This document shows, in pieces, positions 13,273 to 26,682 of a stretch of DNA of 59,352 nucleotides. The translations under genes and the position numbers were made by a program. The notes beneath the pieces were generated by a model. The model saw nothing but the letters and a program-made list of their open reading frames with translations, was not told the DNA's origin and searched no databases. Origin of the DNA: Octopus sinensis (Eukaryota); contig NW_021832994.1 in the NCBI RefSeq assembly GCF_006345805.1, forward strand, positions 1 to 59,352, written 5' to 3'. Within the stretch, counting starts at the first letter, position 1. The number at the start of each line of letters is the position of its first letter.

Positions 13273-14089
13273 ACATACAAGGTTTTTGTTGGCCTGGGGC
13301 TATATCAGAAGAGACTTGCTGAGGGTAATGTGTACTGGGACTGAGGGAGTGTACTCAATACTATATGGTTGGAAAGCAAACCCCTTAACCACACAGCTAC
13401 ACCTGGTGATGCTAACAGCAAAACAGGGTTTATAACAAGGGAGTATATATTCTTTGTATTTTTGATAATCGGCAGATGTTAGAGGGTCATTCAAGAGCCA
13501 AGGGTTTTGTGCATTCACTCTTTTCAAACTGGTTTCATATCGATGGTATTGCCTTTACGTTGTTGTCATCATCATCATCATCATCATCAATGTTTCAACA
13601 TCTACTTTTTCATGCTTCCATCGGTTAACAGGATTTATTTTGAGACAGATTTTCTACATCTGGTTGCTCTCCCTGTCACCAACCCTCACACGTTTCCAAA
13701 AGCAAGGTAACATTTCTCTGTGACCTGACATATTCTCATAGGGTATTGTAAATGAATGATGACACTGCTTGTACGACTGTGACACTCATTTACAGCTATC
13801 ACATGATGTCAAGACAAGGAGACACAATCTCCCCCACCCACCCACCCACAAAGGCAACACATGCAGAAATCATCACCATCATCATCAAACCATCTTACCC
13901 ATGCTGGCATGAGTTGGATGGTTTAACAAGGAACTAATGAGCAGCAGAATTGCATTGTGTTTCACTGTCGTCTTTGGCTTATACGTACATACATACACAT
14001 ATATGTATGTATGTGTTATGTATATATGTGTATATTGTGTGTATATATATATATATATATAATATTATTATATATATATATATATATAT

Positions 14090-14138
<49 letters not shown>

Positions 14139-15039
14139 TGTATGTGTGAGTGTGTGTGCATGCATGTGTGTATATATATATATAATGATAATAATAATAA
14201 TAATAATAATTAATTAAGCAACCAGAAGATGGATTTGGTATTAGTCTTTATTTTGTGTGACAATTGTTTACTTAATTATTATTATCTCAACTAACACTGA
14301 GGAATCCTTGGAGTAGGTCCAACGAAAATATACCTCAACTGTGGATGACACCAGGTAGCCTAACCGGTGCCAGTGCTTTACTCAACACTTCAACACACTA
14401 ATCAACATGCACCCATTGGTCCAATATATATATAAATATATATATATATATGCAGCTCTCCTGTTTGTCAGGTATAACCATCGGTTGTCAAGTGATGCTG
14501 GAAGACAAACACATACATATATGATCATCATCAATTAACACCTCTTTCCATGGTGACATGAGTTGGATGGTTTGACTGAAAATTGGTAAGCTGGAGAGCT
14601 GCACAAGGTTCCAATCTGATCTGGCAAGATTTCTACAGCTCAGTACCCTTCCTATCGCCAACAACACAGAGAGTGTAGTGGGTGTTTTTCACATGTCACC
14701 AACACGGGGCCCATTGACCTCACACAAGCATTAGCCACTACTATAGTCACACTTGGCTTGACAGGTCAACACAAACATGGTATATCATCAAGGGTCTTGG
14801 TCACCTGTCACTTCCTCCATGAGGCCCAACACTTGAACTATGCATTTTATGTGCCACCAGCACAGGTGCCATACAGCACTAGCATTGGCCACAACTATGA
14901 TTTCACTCGGCTTGACATGTCATCACAAGCACAACATATCGACCAACAATTGAAGGATGCTTTCAATGGGCCAGTTATGTGACACTGGCATTGGCCACAA
15001 CTATGATCTCATTTGGCTTGATGGGTCTCCTCAAGCATG

Positions 15040-15101
<62 letters not shown>

Positions 15102-16404
15102 AGGCTTTTTTCATTTTCCATCTACCAAATCCACTCAAAAGGCTTTGGTTGGTGCCAGCCTATAGTAGATGGCACTTGCCTATGTAATGGCACTGAAACA
15201 AAGACCATTTGGTTGTGAAGCAAGTGTCTAAACCATAAAAACCATTCTTCTGTCTTATATAAGAATTACTTAATACATGAGTTAAGTAGGTGCTAAACGA
15301 AGCAATTACTTTTGCTCATGTTATTATGCTATACTTTACATTTTTACATTTATAAGTATACTTTCCCCATACTAAACTGTTGGGTAAAGTATGTTATATG
15401 TTAACTTGTTTGCAAACCACTCTTTCTTCCTACTATCAGGGCGTTCACACATTTTCATTTTATGTTCTCTCCCAAATATTCATGTGTATTCTTGAATTTC
15501 AAGCGAAAATCAGAAAAACAGTGTGTCATGGTGAAATTAAGATTAGGATTTCTGGCAGAGTGTGCCACATGAATAAAACATCTCCTGAAACTTTAGTTCA
15601 TATGTACTTTATTTCATATCTCTATACCATCATGCCAACACAAGTTCTACCAGTTCAAACCACATTTATACCACACTACATACCATCATACAAACATTGA
15701 GTCTACCTGATATGGTGATGGGTCTATGTCTGCAACATACCACACACCATAATACCAACAATTAGATCTACCAGTTCTGATGGTGATAAGTTTATGTACC
15801 ACACTACTAAGGTTGTTCTGGCTATAGTATTGAAACTGCATCAGACAGTGCATCCCTGGTTCAAAAGTCCCAGAGTATGGAACCACCTCATTGCTACTAT
15901 TGCTCCCAAATCTACCCTGATTGGTTATTGTAGGGTCTGTCAGGGTACCAGCTATGAGTTAAATAGCATGACATGGAAGAAACTCATAGCACAAACCCTC
16001 ACTGCTTGGGAATGTCTTCAGAAGGGAAAGACCAGAGGAATTAACCTTGATGCTCCTGTGCCAGTGGGCATGTAAAAAACACCAACTGCACTCTCAGAGT
16101 GGTGTGGGTGTTCGGAAGGGTATCCAGCTGTAGAAACCTTGCCAGGTCATATTGGAGTGTGGGAGCCTGGTGCAGCTGTTGGCTCTCCAGACCTCAGTCA
16201 AACCGTCCAACCCATGCCAGCATGGAAAACGGACGTTAAATGATGATGATGATGATGATGATACATATACACATATATATAAATATGTATGTATACACAC
16301 ACACACACACAGATATATATACATATATATATATATATAATTATTTAAATATATATATACATATTATATATATATATAAATACACACACACATACACACA
16401 CACA

Positions 16405-16865
16405 TAGCCTGGATGATTACTTTCTGAGTTAGTATGTTTCAGATTAGAGTTAGGCTTATGATAATGTTTGTAATTATCAGTAATTAAATTGAATTTGACA
16501 TCTGTGAAGTTGACAGATTCATGTTCATTTACTGTGGTGATAGATAAACCAAAGTTAACTTTAAAAAAACTGATGAAAGTTTTTCTATATAGATCCAATT
16601 TCCTATTTGAATCATTCTTAACAGTGAACAAAGTGTCATCACTATATAGGCGCCCAGCAATTTTCGGAAAATCACTCCCTAACTTATACAGAATGTAAAT
16701 ACCTACAAAATCCGTAACTTTGGCGGAAATCTCCAGCCCTCATAGGAATGGCAAAACTATCATAACTATTCTTTCTAGCCCAAAACTTATTCTCAAATTC
16801 AATAACAGATCTTCTCGCCGCTAAAATGATCTTAATTTCATCAATACTTGTGTCAGTATTACTCT
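16405..16865 (-). mobile_element. Penelope-like element (PLE) reverse transcriptase remnant
   Basis: Reading across one frameshift: IKIILAARRSVIEFENKFWARK..FAIPMRAGDSAKVTDFVGIYIL..GRLYSDD..FGLSITT..VNFTDVKFNL..YHKPN..SNHP, collinear with PLE RT motifs. Confidence 0.8.
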
Positions 16866-17060
16866 TAGCAAATATTAGGACCTTGTTAACTTTGGTTTAT
16901 CTATCACCATAGTAAATGAATATGAATCTGTCAACTTCCTAGATGTTAACTATAATTTAATTACTGATATTAACGAACCTTATCATAAGCCTATATATAT
17001 ATACATATATGGCACTTTGCCACCATTTCTCTCCTCTTATCTCTTGCACTCTTGCTGTAT

Positions 17061-17170
<110 letters not shown>

Positions 17171-17275
17171 AACCTTTCATCATCTGACACAAGTTCACCA
17201 CTGACAATGCCCTCTCCCATCTCAAAAAATATTTTGTCTTACAAATCACTTACTTGGTGACCCTGCCAGTGCAGG

Positions 17276-18250
17276 TGCCACTTAAAAGGCATCCATTCCA
17301 CCCTGCAAAGTGGTTGGCATTTGGAAGGGCATCCAGCTGTACAACCTTGCCAAAACTGACCTCACCTCTACTTGTGCCACATAAAAAGCATCCAGTCCCC
17401 TGCAAAGTGGTTGGCATTTGGAAGGGCATCCAGCTGTACAAACCTTGCCAAAACTGACCTCACCTCTACTTGTGCCACATAAAAGCACTCTGTCCACCCT
17501 GCAAAGTGGTTGGCATTTGGAAGGGCATCCAGCTGTACAAACCTTGCCAAACTGACCTCACCTCTACTTGTGCCACATAAAAAGCACTCTGTCCACCCTG
17601 CAAAGTGGTTGGCATTTGGAAGGGCATCCAGCTGTACAAACCTTGCCAAAACTGACCTCACCTCTACTTGTGCACATAAAAAGCACTCTGTCCACTCTGC
17701 AAAGTGGTTGGCATTTGGAGGGCATCCAGCTGTTACAAACCTTGCCAAAACTGACCTCACCTCTACTTGTGCCACATAAAAAGCATCCAGTCCACCCTGC
17801 AAAGTGGTTGGCATTTGGAAGGGCATCCAGCTGTACAAACCTTGCCAAAACTGACCTCACCTCTACTTGTGCCACATAAAAAGCACTCTGTCCACCCTGC
17901 AAAGTGGTTGGCATTTGGAAGGGCATCCAGCTGTACAAACCTTGCCAAAACTGACCTCACCTCTACTTGTGCCACATAAAAAGCACTCTGTCCACCCTGC
18001 AAAGTGGTTGGCATTTGGAAGGGCATCCAGCTGTACAAACCTTGCCAAAACTGACCTCACCTCTACTTGTGCCACATAAAAAGCACTCTGTCCACTCTGC
18101 TGGGTGGTTGGTGTTAGGAAGGGCATCCAGCTGTAAAAACTCTGCCAAAATAGACACAGAAGTCTGGTGCAGGCTCCTGCCTGGCCAGCTCCAATCAAAC
18201 CATCCCACCACCCATGCCAGCATGGAAAGCGGACATTAACTGAAGATGAT
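17276..18250 (+). repeat. 100-bp minisatellite (8 full units plus a ninth running into a LINE tail), derived from the RTE 3' UTR
   Basis: Unit TGCCACATAAAAAGCACTCTGTCCACCCTGCAAAGTGGTTGGCATTTGGAAGGGCATCCAGCTGTACAAACCTTGCCAAAACTGACCTCACCTCTACTTG; shares TAAAAAGCAC...GGAAGGGCATCCAGCTGTA with the RTE tails. Confidence 0.92.
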
Positions 18251-19121
18251 GACATCTTATACACACACACACACAAACACACATGCACACACGCACGCAT
18301 ACACACATACACAGATGCGCAGACACATATATGTATGTGTGTGTGTATCTATATATATGCATGTATATTTATGTATATATGTGCATGTGTGTGTATATAT
18401 ATATGTGTGTGTCTATATATATATTATATATATATCGTATGCATGCATAAACATACTGGCAACAACTGAGGCCCATCATTGAATGTAGTGTGTAGGCTAT
18501 ATTAGATTAATACTGAAACAATGAATATATTATGAAGACTGAACAAAGTTGGTGGATGGAACAACGTTATCAGTGACATGGATACTATTAAAAGAAACAA
18601 AATTAACTTAAACTGAATGAATCATCATAGCATTTGCCACCGGCACAATCACTGTAGAGCCTCACGTGGGTTAGCCCAGGGGCTGGTAAATTCATTTCAG
18701 CTGCTGCTGCTGCTGCTGAGAATTCAAGTTAAACTTCACCTGCCTTTCAATGTGAAATCAATGACATAATAGCATGCGTCTGCTGGATTAAGGTTGACCT
18801 TAGAACACCAACAACAACAGCAGCAACAAATATTGATGATTTCCTATCCACAATTAACAGAATGCTTATGAGATAATAATAATACGCTGATATGCAACAA
18901 ATCTTCTCGTATCTGTCTCTACTTCTGCTGGTCTTCCTGTATCGATGTCTGTCCATCTCTGTTTCTATGTTTCCGTCTATTTATTTACCTACATCAGTCT
19001 TATCAAATATTTTCTTATGCTGAACATGATAACTTACTGCTTAACCATATAGTTTTAGGCTGCGGTCAACCGAAGCCTTGTGTGAGTGGATTTGATAGAT
19101 AGAAACTGAAAGAAGCTCATC

Positions 19122-19153
<32 letters not shown>

Positions 19154-22100
19154 GTCTGTATTTTGTCCCCTACCACTGTTTGACTACCAGTATTGCTTTG
19201 TTTACATCCCTGTAACTTAGCTGTTTATCAAAAAGCACTGACAGAATAACTACCAAGCCTAAAAAAATATGTACTGGAGTCGATTTGTTCAACTAAAACC
19301 CTTCAAGGTGATGCCCCATCATGGCCACAGTCCAATGACTGAAACAAGTAAAAGATAAAAGATAGCATATTTCCTTATTTCATTAATTTTTATTAATGCA
19401 AAATGTGAAGTAAAGAAGTGACATTAAGCTAGAAAGAGACAGCACAGATTGGAGTGGAGCTAACTGCTAAAAACAACTGGCATGTTTTGGCCTTGTTTGA
19501 CCTCCTCAGTGGAGCATATTCAACTTAGTTTCCCAGGAATCTGTTTAAGTATATATCTATGTTTATATAAGTGTTTCATCATCATCATCATCACCACCAC
19601 CATCATCATCATTTAATGTCTGTTTTCCATGCTGACATGGGCTGGATAATTTGACTGGAAATGGCAAATTCGAAGACTGCGCCAAGCTCTACTGTTTTGC
19701 TTTGGCATGGTTTCTGCAGCTGGATGTCCTTCCTAATACCAACCACTTTACAAAATGTGGTTATGGCCACCTCCGGAGGGAAAGGGAGGAGAGAGAGAGA
19801 GAGAGATGGTGAAAATGTGACTGGGAAATACAAGGAAGTGTACCTAAAGGAAGGAAGACAAAGGATTGGATAAGGGTTGGTCAGTTTTGTGAGAGAGATT
19901 TTGGAAGAAGAGTGGGAGGTGGAGGTGAGGGAATGTAGTGGGTGGGGGAAAGAGAGAATCATCAAGGACAGGTTTATGTGTAGATAGGTCCCTACCCCAC
20001 TGAGTGCAAAGAGAGGGGAGGGGAATACAACAAATGATGAACATGGGAGGAGGGAGAGGGGGTTGTTAGTGAGAGATTTGTCAGGGACACGTGTGCGGGG
20101 GGGGGCGGGGGGGGGGGGGGCAGTGGATAAACAATATTCCTTTGTGAGCACACAATAAAGCTGATGTTGATAAATGCATAAATGGAAGTTTATAAATAGA
20201 GATACACACACACATGTATAGTGATAGAAAGAGGCAAACAGAAGTGGAGACACAAACACATCATCATCATCATCACCATTTCTCTATGTCCATTTTTCTG
20301 GGCTGGTCAGAGTTTATTGTGGCAGATTTTCTATGACCAGTCACGGACCTTCTCCTGTTTCCAATGAAAGTATTTCCTCACAAGCAAATATGTTTTCACA
20401 GAAGATTAGAAATGAATGGCTCCACTTGTATGACACTGACACCCATTTACAACTATAAGCAGCATATTAAGACAGAGATTTAAACTCACACACACACACA
20501 CACATATATATATGTATATATATACAATGGGCTTCTTTCAGTTTCCATCTACCAAATCCACTCACAAGGCTTTGGTCGGCCCGAGGCTATAATAGAAGAC
20601 ACTTGGCCCAAGGTGCCACACAGCAGGACTGAAACCTGAATAATGTGGTTGGAAAGCAAACTTCTTATCACACAGCCACACCTTTGCCTGTTTGTTATAC
20701 ATCGATATCGTATATTATTATCTCATGAACATTTTATTATTATTGGATAGAAACACATCGATACTTGTTGCTGCTGTTGTCTATTCTTAGGTCAACCTTA
20801 AACTGGCAGACATATGTCATTGATTGCAAATTATTCAACGTGTCCTTTTCTAAGATGGAGTTTTAGCTGCTGTTTCTAGTTTCCATGTAGAAATCTCTCT
20901 CAGCTATAGGGCGCAAGTTGAGGGAAATTTAGCTGCTATTTCTATGTAGAGGTCTCCCTCATTGTCTCATACATACATATATACCTAGATATGAGAGTAG
21001 GCTGTGATTTGAAGGAGATTTGGCTGCTATTTCTATTAGGTCTAGCTACCATGTAGAGACCTCCTTCATTGGCCCATACATACATATAAACATACCTAAG
21101 ACAGTAGGGTATAATTTAAGGGAGATTTGGCTGTTATTTCTACTACTACCATATAGAAGTCTCCCTCATTAGCTCATACATTTATACATCCATATATAAG
21201 ACAGTAGGGTGTGATTCGAGGGCAATTTGGCTGCCATAACAACCAAATATTAATTTCTGTCTAACATTCTTGTTTCTTTTGCTTTTATTTCTCTTAGGCA
21301 GCTGACCCTTTTCACAGAATTAATAATAGACCTTTACCTTAACTATATTCTCTCCCCCAACCCCGTTTTTACCCATTAAGACTGTTCTCTGTTAATCTAG
21401 TTGTTTGCATGTGGGGTATCATGACACCCTGGTGTGAGGTTTTTTGAATTTAGCATAATTGACAAAATACACCCAATACTGGTGTCAGGGAGACAGAGTG
21501 CGGAAGATGTCTACAAGAGTTGTATTACACTGGTTTTCAATTTTTCTTTTTTTTTGTTATGGAGTGGTGGGCTGTGGATAGGTGGGGCTGCGTCTGCTAC
21601 CCATCCACCCATGATCTCCTAGTCTTATTATCAAACTTTTATATTTTACTTGTTTCAGTCATAATAGGTGTCGACATGGCTGTTTGATAAGAAGCTTGTT
21701 TCTCAAACCACATAGTTTTGAGTTCAGTCCTATTGCATGGCACCTTGGGAGACACAAGCACATACACACACAAACATGTGCGCACGCACATTCACACACA
21801 TATACACACACACACACACACGTATGTCAGTCTGTATGTATATATGATGAGCTTCTTTCAGTTTCCATCCACCAAAATCCACTCACATGCTTTGGTTGGC
21901 CTGAGGCTATAGTAGAAGACACTTACCCAAGATGCCACACAGTGGGGTTGAACCCAGAACTATGTGGTTGGGAAGCAAACTTCTTACCACAGAGCGATGC
22001 CTGTACATAGAATAAACGACCATAAACTGACTTCCATCTTAAAACAGTAGGGTACATGACTTAGGGACTGCTGGCATAAGTCACTTGTAATGCATTTACA

Positions 22101-24174
22101 AAATGTCTTGTAAAACAGAATTGAATGGGTTGCTTCTATAAAAGATAAATTAGACATATTTCTACCAAAAATTGGCCCAGGTTGTTTAACTTAGAAGCAC
22201 CACCTCATAGGTAGCCATTTTAAGTCAAGTTTTTCTCATATCATGTCCCATTCAAGTTGGGAGTTGTTGTTGAATGGGATGTATTTAGTTATCTCCTTGA
22301 AGAAATTCGTCCAAATTTCATTTGAAGGTGATGGAGACTTTCTCTTTGATTTGTTTTGAGATAATATTAAATGGAGTAGGACATGTTGAGGAAAGGAAAA
22401 CGTGTTGCAGTGTATTTATGCGTTGTGGGCCTGAATTGTGTAGGAGGCATATGACATGGGGTCCCACCTTTGGATGAATTCTGAATTTGATGTTTTGATG
22501 TAAAATATGATATAAAACTGGTTGTCAAGGAGGATTAATAGATCTGTGGTAAAGCACACAGATAAATAAATTCCAGTTGTGTGAGGTACAGATAAAAAGA
22601 TAAGAGTTTTTCAGGTGCACAGATATGTGTAGATTTGCTGAACCCCAGATGTTAGACTGATGTTAAATCAAATCCGTTCATTCTGAATCTTTTTCTGTCT
22701 TTCTCATATAGTATTTTCATGTATATTCACCTATTGTTTGTTCTTTGTTATCTACCCCTATAAATCTTGCATAAACAACACATCTATCTCTTGATATATA
22801 GAACTTCTTGATGTTATTTTATAATTATACAGGCATATATACGTGTGAGTGGGTGTATAAATTAAGGTTTCGTTTTATGTTTGAGATACACGTAAAAATG
22901 ATTTAACATGAAATTGGAAAATTACTCAATTTTTTGTTGAGTACATGTTTGTTAAACTTTTACAAAGAAAATGTTGACAGTAACTTTGAAGTTTATACAT
23001 ACATGCAATTTATATGTGTATATATATGTGTGTGTGTGAGTGTGTGTGTATATATATATAGCATCATCATCATCCTCATTTAATGTATGTCTTCTGTGCT
23101 GGCATGGATTGGATTATATATATATATATATATTTATGTACACACACATATACACATATATATATAAATAATGCACGTATATATCCATGTATGTATATAT
23201 GGATATATATACGTATGAACCTATGTATACCCACACATATATATCCACACACACACACACACATAACACTTGGTGCTGTTTATTAAAGTAGAAGGGGACA
23301 AGGCTGTATTGAAGAAAAGTGCAAGAGTGGAATTTTCCACAGGATACGACGACCAGAGAACTTTACCCATGAATCATCAGCTAAATTGTTTATCATCACT
23401 TGCAGCCAGCGCAAATATACATGGTGCAGTGCACAGCTGCATGCACACACACACACACACACACACACACTCTCTCTCTCTATTTAAACCTGTCTCTGTT
23501 TTTTTCCTTCCACATCACTGTATCATTTTCTCACACATAATATCTATATCTCCATTAATTATTTCTCTCTCTCTCTCTCTCTCACTTTCTCTTTATCCTC
23601 TCTGTTTTTCTTTCTCTCTTTCTCTCTCCCAGCCTCTTTCATTCTTTACCTCTCTCTCTCTCTCTCTGTCTCTCTCAACTATTCTCTCTCTATCCGTTCA
23701 CTTATCTATCTACCTACCTACCTACCTATCTATCTATCCATCAATTTGTGTGTGTGTGTGTGTGTGCATCTGACTGTCTGTCTATCCGTCGGTCCGTCAG
23801 TCTATCCATCTATCTAGTTATCTCTCTTACTCTCTCCCTATCTTTTTCTATCCCTTCCTCCCTCTCCCTTCCTCCCTCTCTCTCTCTCTCTCTCCCTCTC
23901 TCTGCCTATCTTTCCATTTATTCAGAGATGTCCTTCATGTACACACCTTATACAACACCTAACCTAATTTCTGTTTGCTATATACATTCCTTTTCTACCT
24001 CCAATTTTATCTTCACTTTATATGTTTGCATCTAAACACAAACAAACAAACACACATGTGTATCATTTGTCTTTTCTCATTCACTTGTTCCATTCATTCG
24101 ACTACAGTTTTGCTGGATTAACATCTTGAAGGGTTTTATTGAACAAATCAGCCAAAGTACTTATTTTGCTAGCC

Positions 24175-24240
24175 TAGTACTCACCCTAGTACTCACCCTA
24201 GTACTCACCCTAGTACTCACCCTAGTACTCACCCTAGTAC
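24175..24240. repeat. Perfect 12-bp tandem repeat (TAGTACTCACCC)x5.5
   Basis: Direct inspection. Confidence 0.95.
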
Positions 24241-25157
24241 TGGGGTTGATGTAAACCATCCTGCAGCATCACCTGAAAAATAGCTGGTCTTGCACCAAAA
24301 TTGGAAAGAATTGTCAGCATTTTTTTCATCTTTATGTTCAGAGTTCAAATTCCACCATGGCTGACATTGCCTTTCATTGTTTTGGGGTCGATAAAATAAG
24401 CACAAGTTGAGCACTTGGGTTGAAGTAATCGACTAGCCCCCTCCCCTACAAAACATCAGCCCTTGTAAAAAGGGTTATTATAGTAAAAAGGAGCATTATC
24501 ATCATCACCAGCATTATTATTATTGTTGTTGTTGTTGTTATTATTAAAGGCAGCAAACTGGTAGAATCGTTAACACTCCAAGTCAGTACTTTGTCTGTCG
24601 CTATGTTCTGGGTTGATGAATAAGTACCTGCTATGTACTGGGGTCGATGTAATCAACTAATACTCTTCCTCAAAAAATTTTCATGGCCTTGTACCTAAAC
24701 TAGAAATAATAATAATAATTATCATTATTATTATTATTATTTTTAAGGGTGGTGAACTGGCAAAATTGCAAGCAAGGTGGACACTTGCTGAATGGCATTT
24801 CAGCTATCATTATATTCTGAGTTCAAACTCTGTGGAAATCGACTTTCTCTTTCATCCTTTTGGGGTTTATCAAGTACCAGTTGCACACTGGTGTTGATGT
24901 AGCTGACTAGCCATCTCCAACTACCCCGCTCCCCTGCAAAAATTTCAGGCCTTGTGCCTATAGCGGAAAGGATTATCACCACCACCACTACTACTACTAC
25001 TACAACAACAACATAGATATATCCTGATTTCAATGTCAAAGATTTATCAGCATATTCCAAAACAACATAGCAAGCATGCTTTCGGTTTTAATTTCCCAAT
25101 TCTTTTTGTGGGTTAGAAATATCAGCCAAATTTTGTTTTTAAATATGCATGTACATT

Positions 25158-25229
<72 letters not shown>

Positions 25230-25309
25230 GGGCTCCTAAATAAGGATGCCAAGTGCTGGGAACACAAAAAGGAGATATATATATAATAAAGATGTATATT
25301 CTCATCATC

Positions 25310-26520
25310 ATCATCATCATCATTGTTTAACGTCCTCCTTCCATATTGGCATGGGTTGAAAGGAGCTGCTAAGTCAGGAGACTTCAAGCTCTACTCTCTG
25401 CTTTGATATGGTTTCTACATAAAAATGCACCCACAGGCCCCCACCTCTCCACATTTAGGGATTGGCATTTCTTTATGCAGCTGCCTTCATCCATACACAT
25501 CACATGACCATATCAGTGCAGCTTTCTCTCTTACACACATCTGATGCCTCTTTTGCCCAACTTTTCTCTCAAAACATTCACACTATGTTGTACATGCATA
25601 CTGTCATTGCACATCCAGCGGATCCTGCTGGCTTCATTTGTTTCAAGCTTTTGCATGTCTTTTGCATTCACAGCCACGTTTCACAATCATGTAACATAAC
25701 TGTTCATATACAGGCATCATACAATCTGTCTTTCATGCTAAGGGTGAAACTGTATCTTACCAAGAAAGGTAAAAGCTCTCCGAACTTTGCTCAGCTGGTT
25801 CCATTTCTAGCAATTATGCTTTCACAGCTTCCTCCTACATTGCTAACTAGGGGTAAACTCATCTCTAAGGATCTCCTTGGGCACTTAAGGAAATCTATTT
25901 CTTGTGTATTCTTTGTGTTTATTATTCCTGCACATCTGCTACACACAAAGACTACTTTCTCTTTTCCTGTGATATCACTGCACTTCTTATGTGTCCTATG
26001 GACACATTAGAGTTAGGGTTCCTTCTTGACTATTCTTGGGTCACAGAAGCATGTAACCTCAGCTATATAGCACATGTGGTGCACCTTGTCGAGCACCCAT
26101 ATGTGTGGTCTGTTAATGTCTAGCACCTGATCTATTTGGATTGGGAAATCCCAGATAATTTTGCTAGTCTCTGACTCTGCCACTCCCTGTGGTTTGTGCT
26201 CATACTATGTCTTGCCACTCTTTAGCAAACATTTTTTGCACAGTTCCCAATGTACATTATTTACACTGAGTACACTCTATGGAATTTCTCCTTACCCCTT
26301 TTCTACATATCAAGCAGGGCCATCTCCTTAAAGAGATTTGTATTTTGTCTGCTTTCCTACTTATCAATAGTTTGGTCTTTGCTAATTTAATTCTAAGTCC
26401 CTTTGATTCCATATCTTGCTTCCATACCTGAAATTTCTTCTAATTTTATTAGAAAATCAGCTATGAGAACAAGATTATCAACACCCATGGTGCTCCCATG
26501 GGTAGCCGATTTTGAATTCC
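25310..26520 (-). mobile_element. Older RTE LINE remnant (RT domain to tail), interrupted by an R4-type fragment
   Basis: Minus-strand remnants DNLVLIA (YADD region), GLRINLAKTK, WPCxICRK..CTQC..HKKCS..FVCSRC, and a tail homologous to the young RTE copies. Confidence 0.75.
25998..26270 (-). mobile_element. Internal R4/Dong-like RLE fragment
   Basis: Minus strand VHWELCKK...YEHKPQGVAESETSKIIWDFPIQIDQVLDINRPHIWVLDK...DPRIVKKE; DNA-level similarity to about 30715-30900. Confidence 0.7.
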
Positions 26521-26682
26521 TTTGTTTATGGCCTGGAGGACTATAATAAACAAGAGGAAGCTGAGAACTGATTTGTCGAGCTGGCTGAATTGTTCACACG
26601 TTGGGCACGATACTTAACAGTATTAAAATCTGCTGCTACATTCTGAGTTCAAATTCTGCTGAGGTAGACTTTGCCTTTTGTC

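Noticed and set aside
17276-18140. Regular array resembling a CRISPR locus
   Set aside because: Contiguous 100-bp units with no unique spacers, derived from a LINE UTR in a eukaryotic intron-containing genome.
23325-23395. Minus-strand CTGATGA...GAAA as a hammerhead
   Set aside because: No supporting stems; expected by chance.
24175-24240. Interstitial telomeric repeat
   Set aside because: The unit is a 12-mer containing CCCTAG, not (CCCTAA)n.
25462-26010. 182-aa plus-strand ORF (also 48169-48756, 30771-31094, 43580-43969)
   Set aside because: Antisense shadows or UTR read-throughs of RTE, R4 or mariner sequence.
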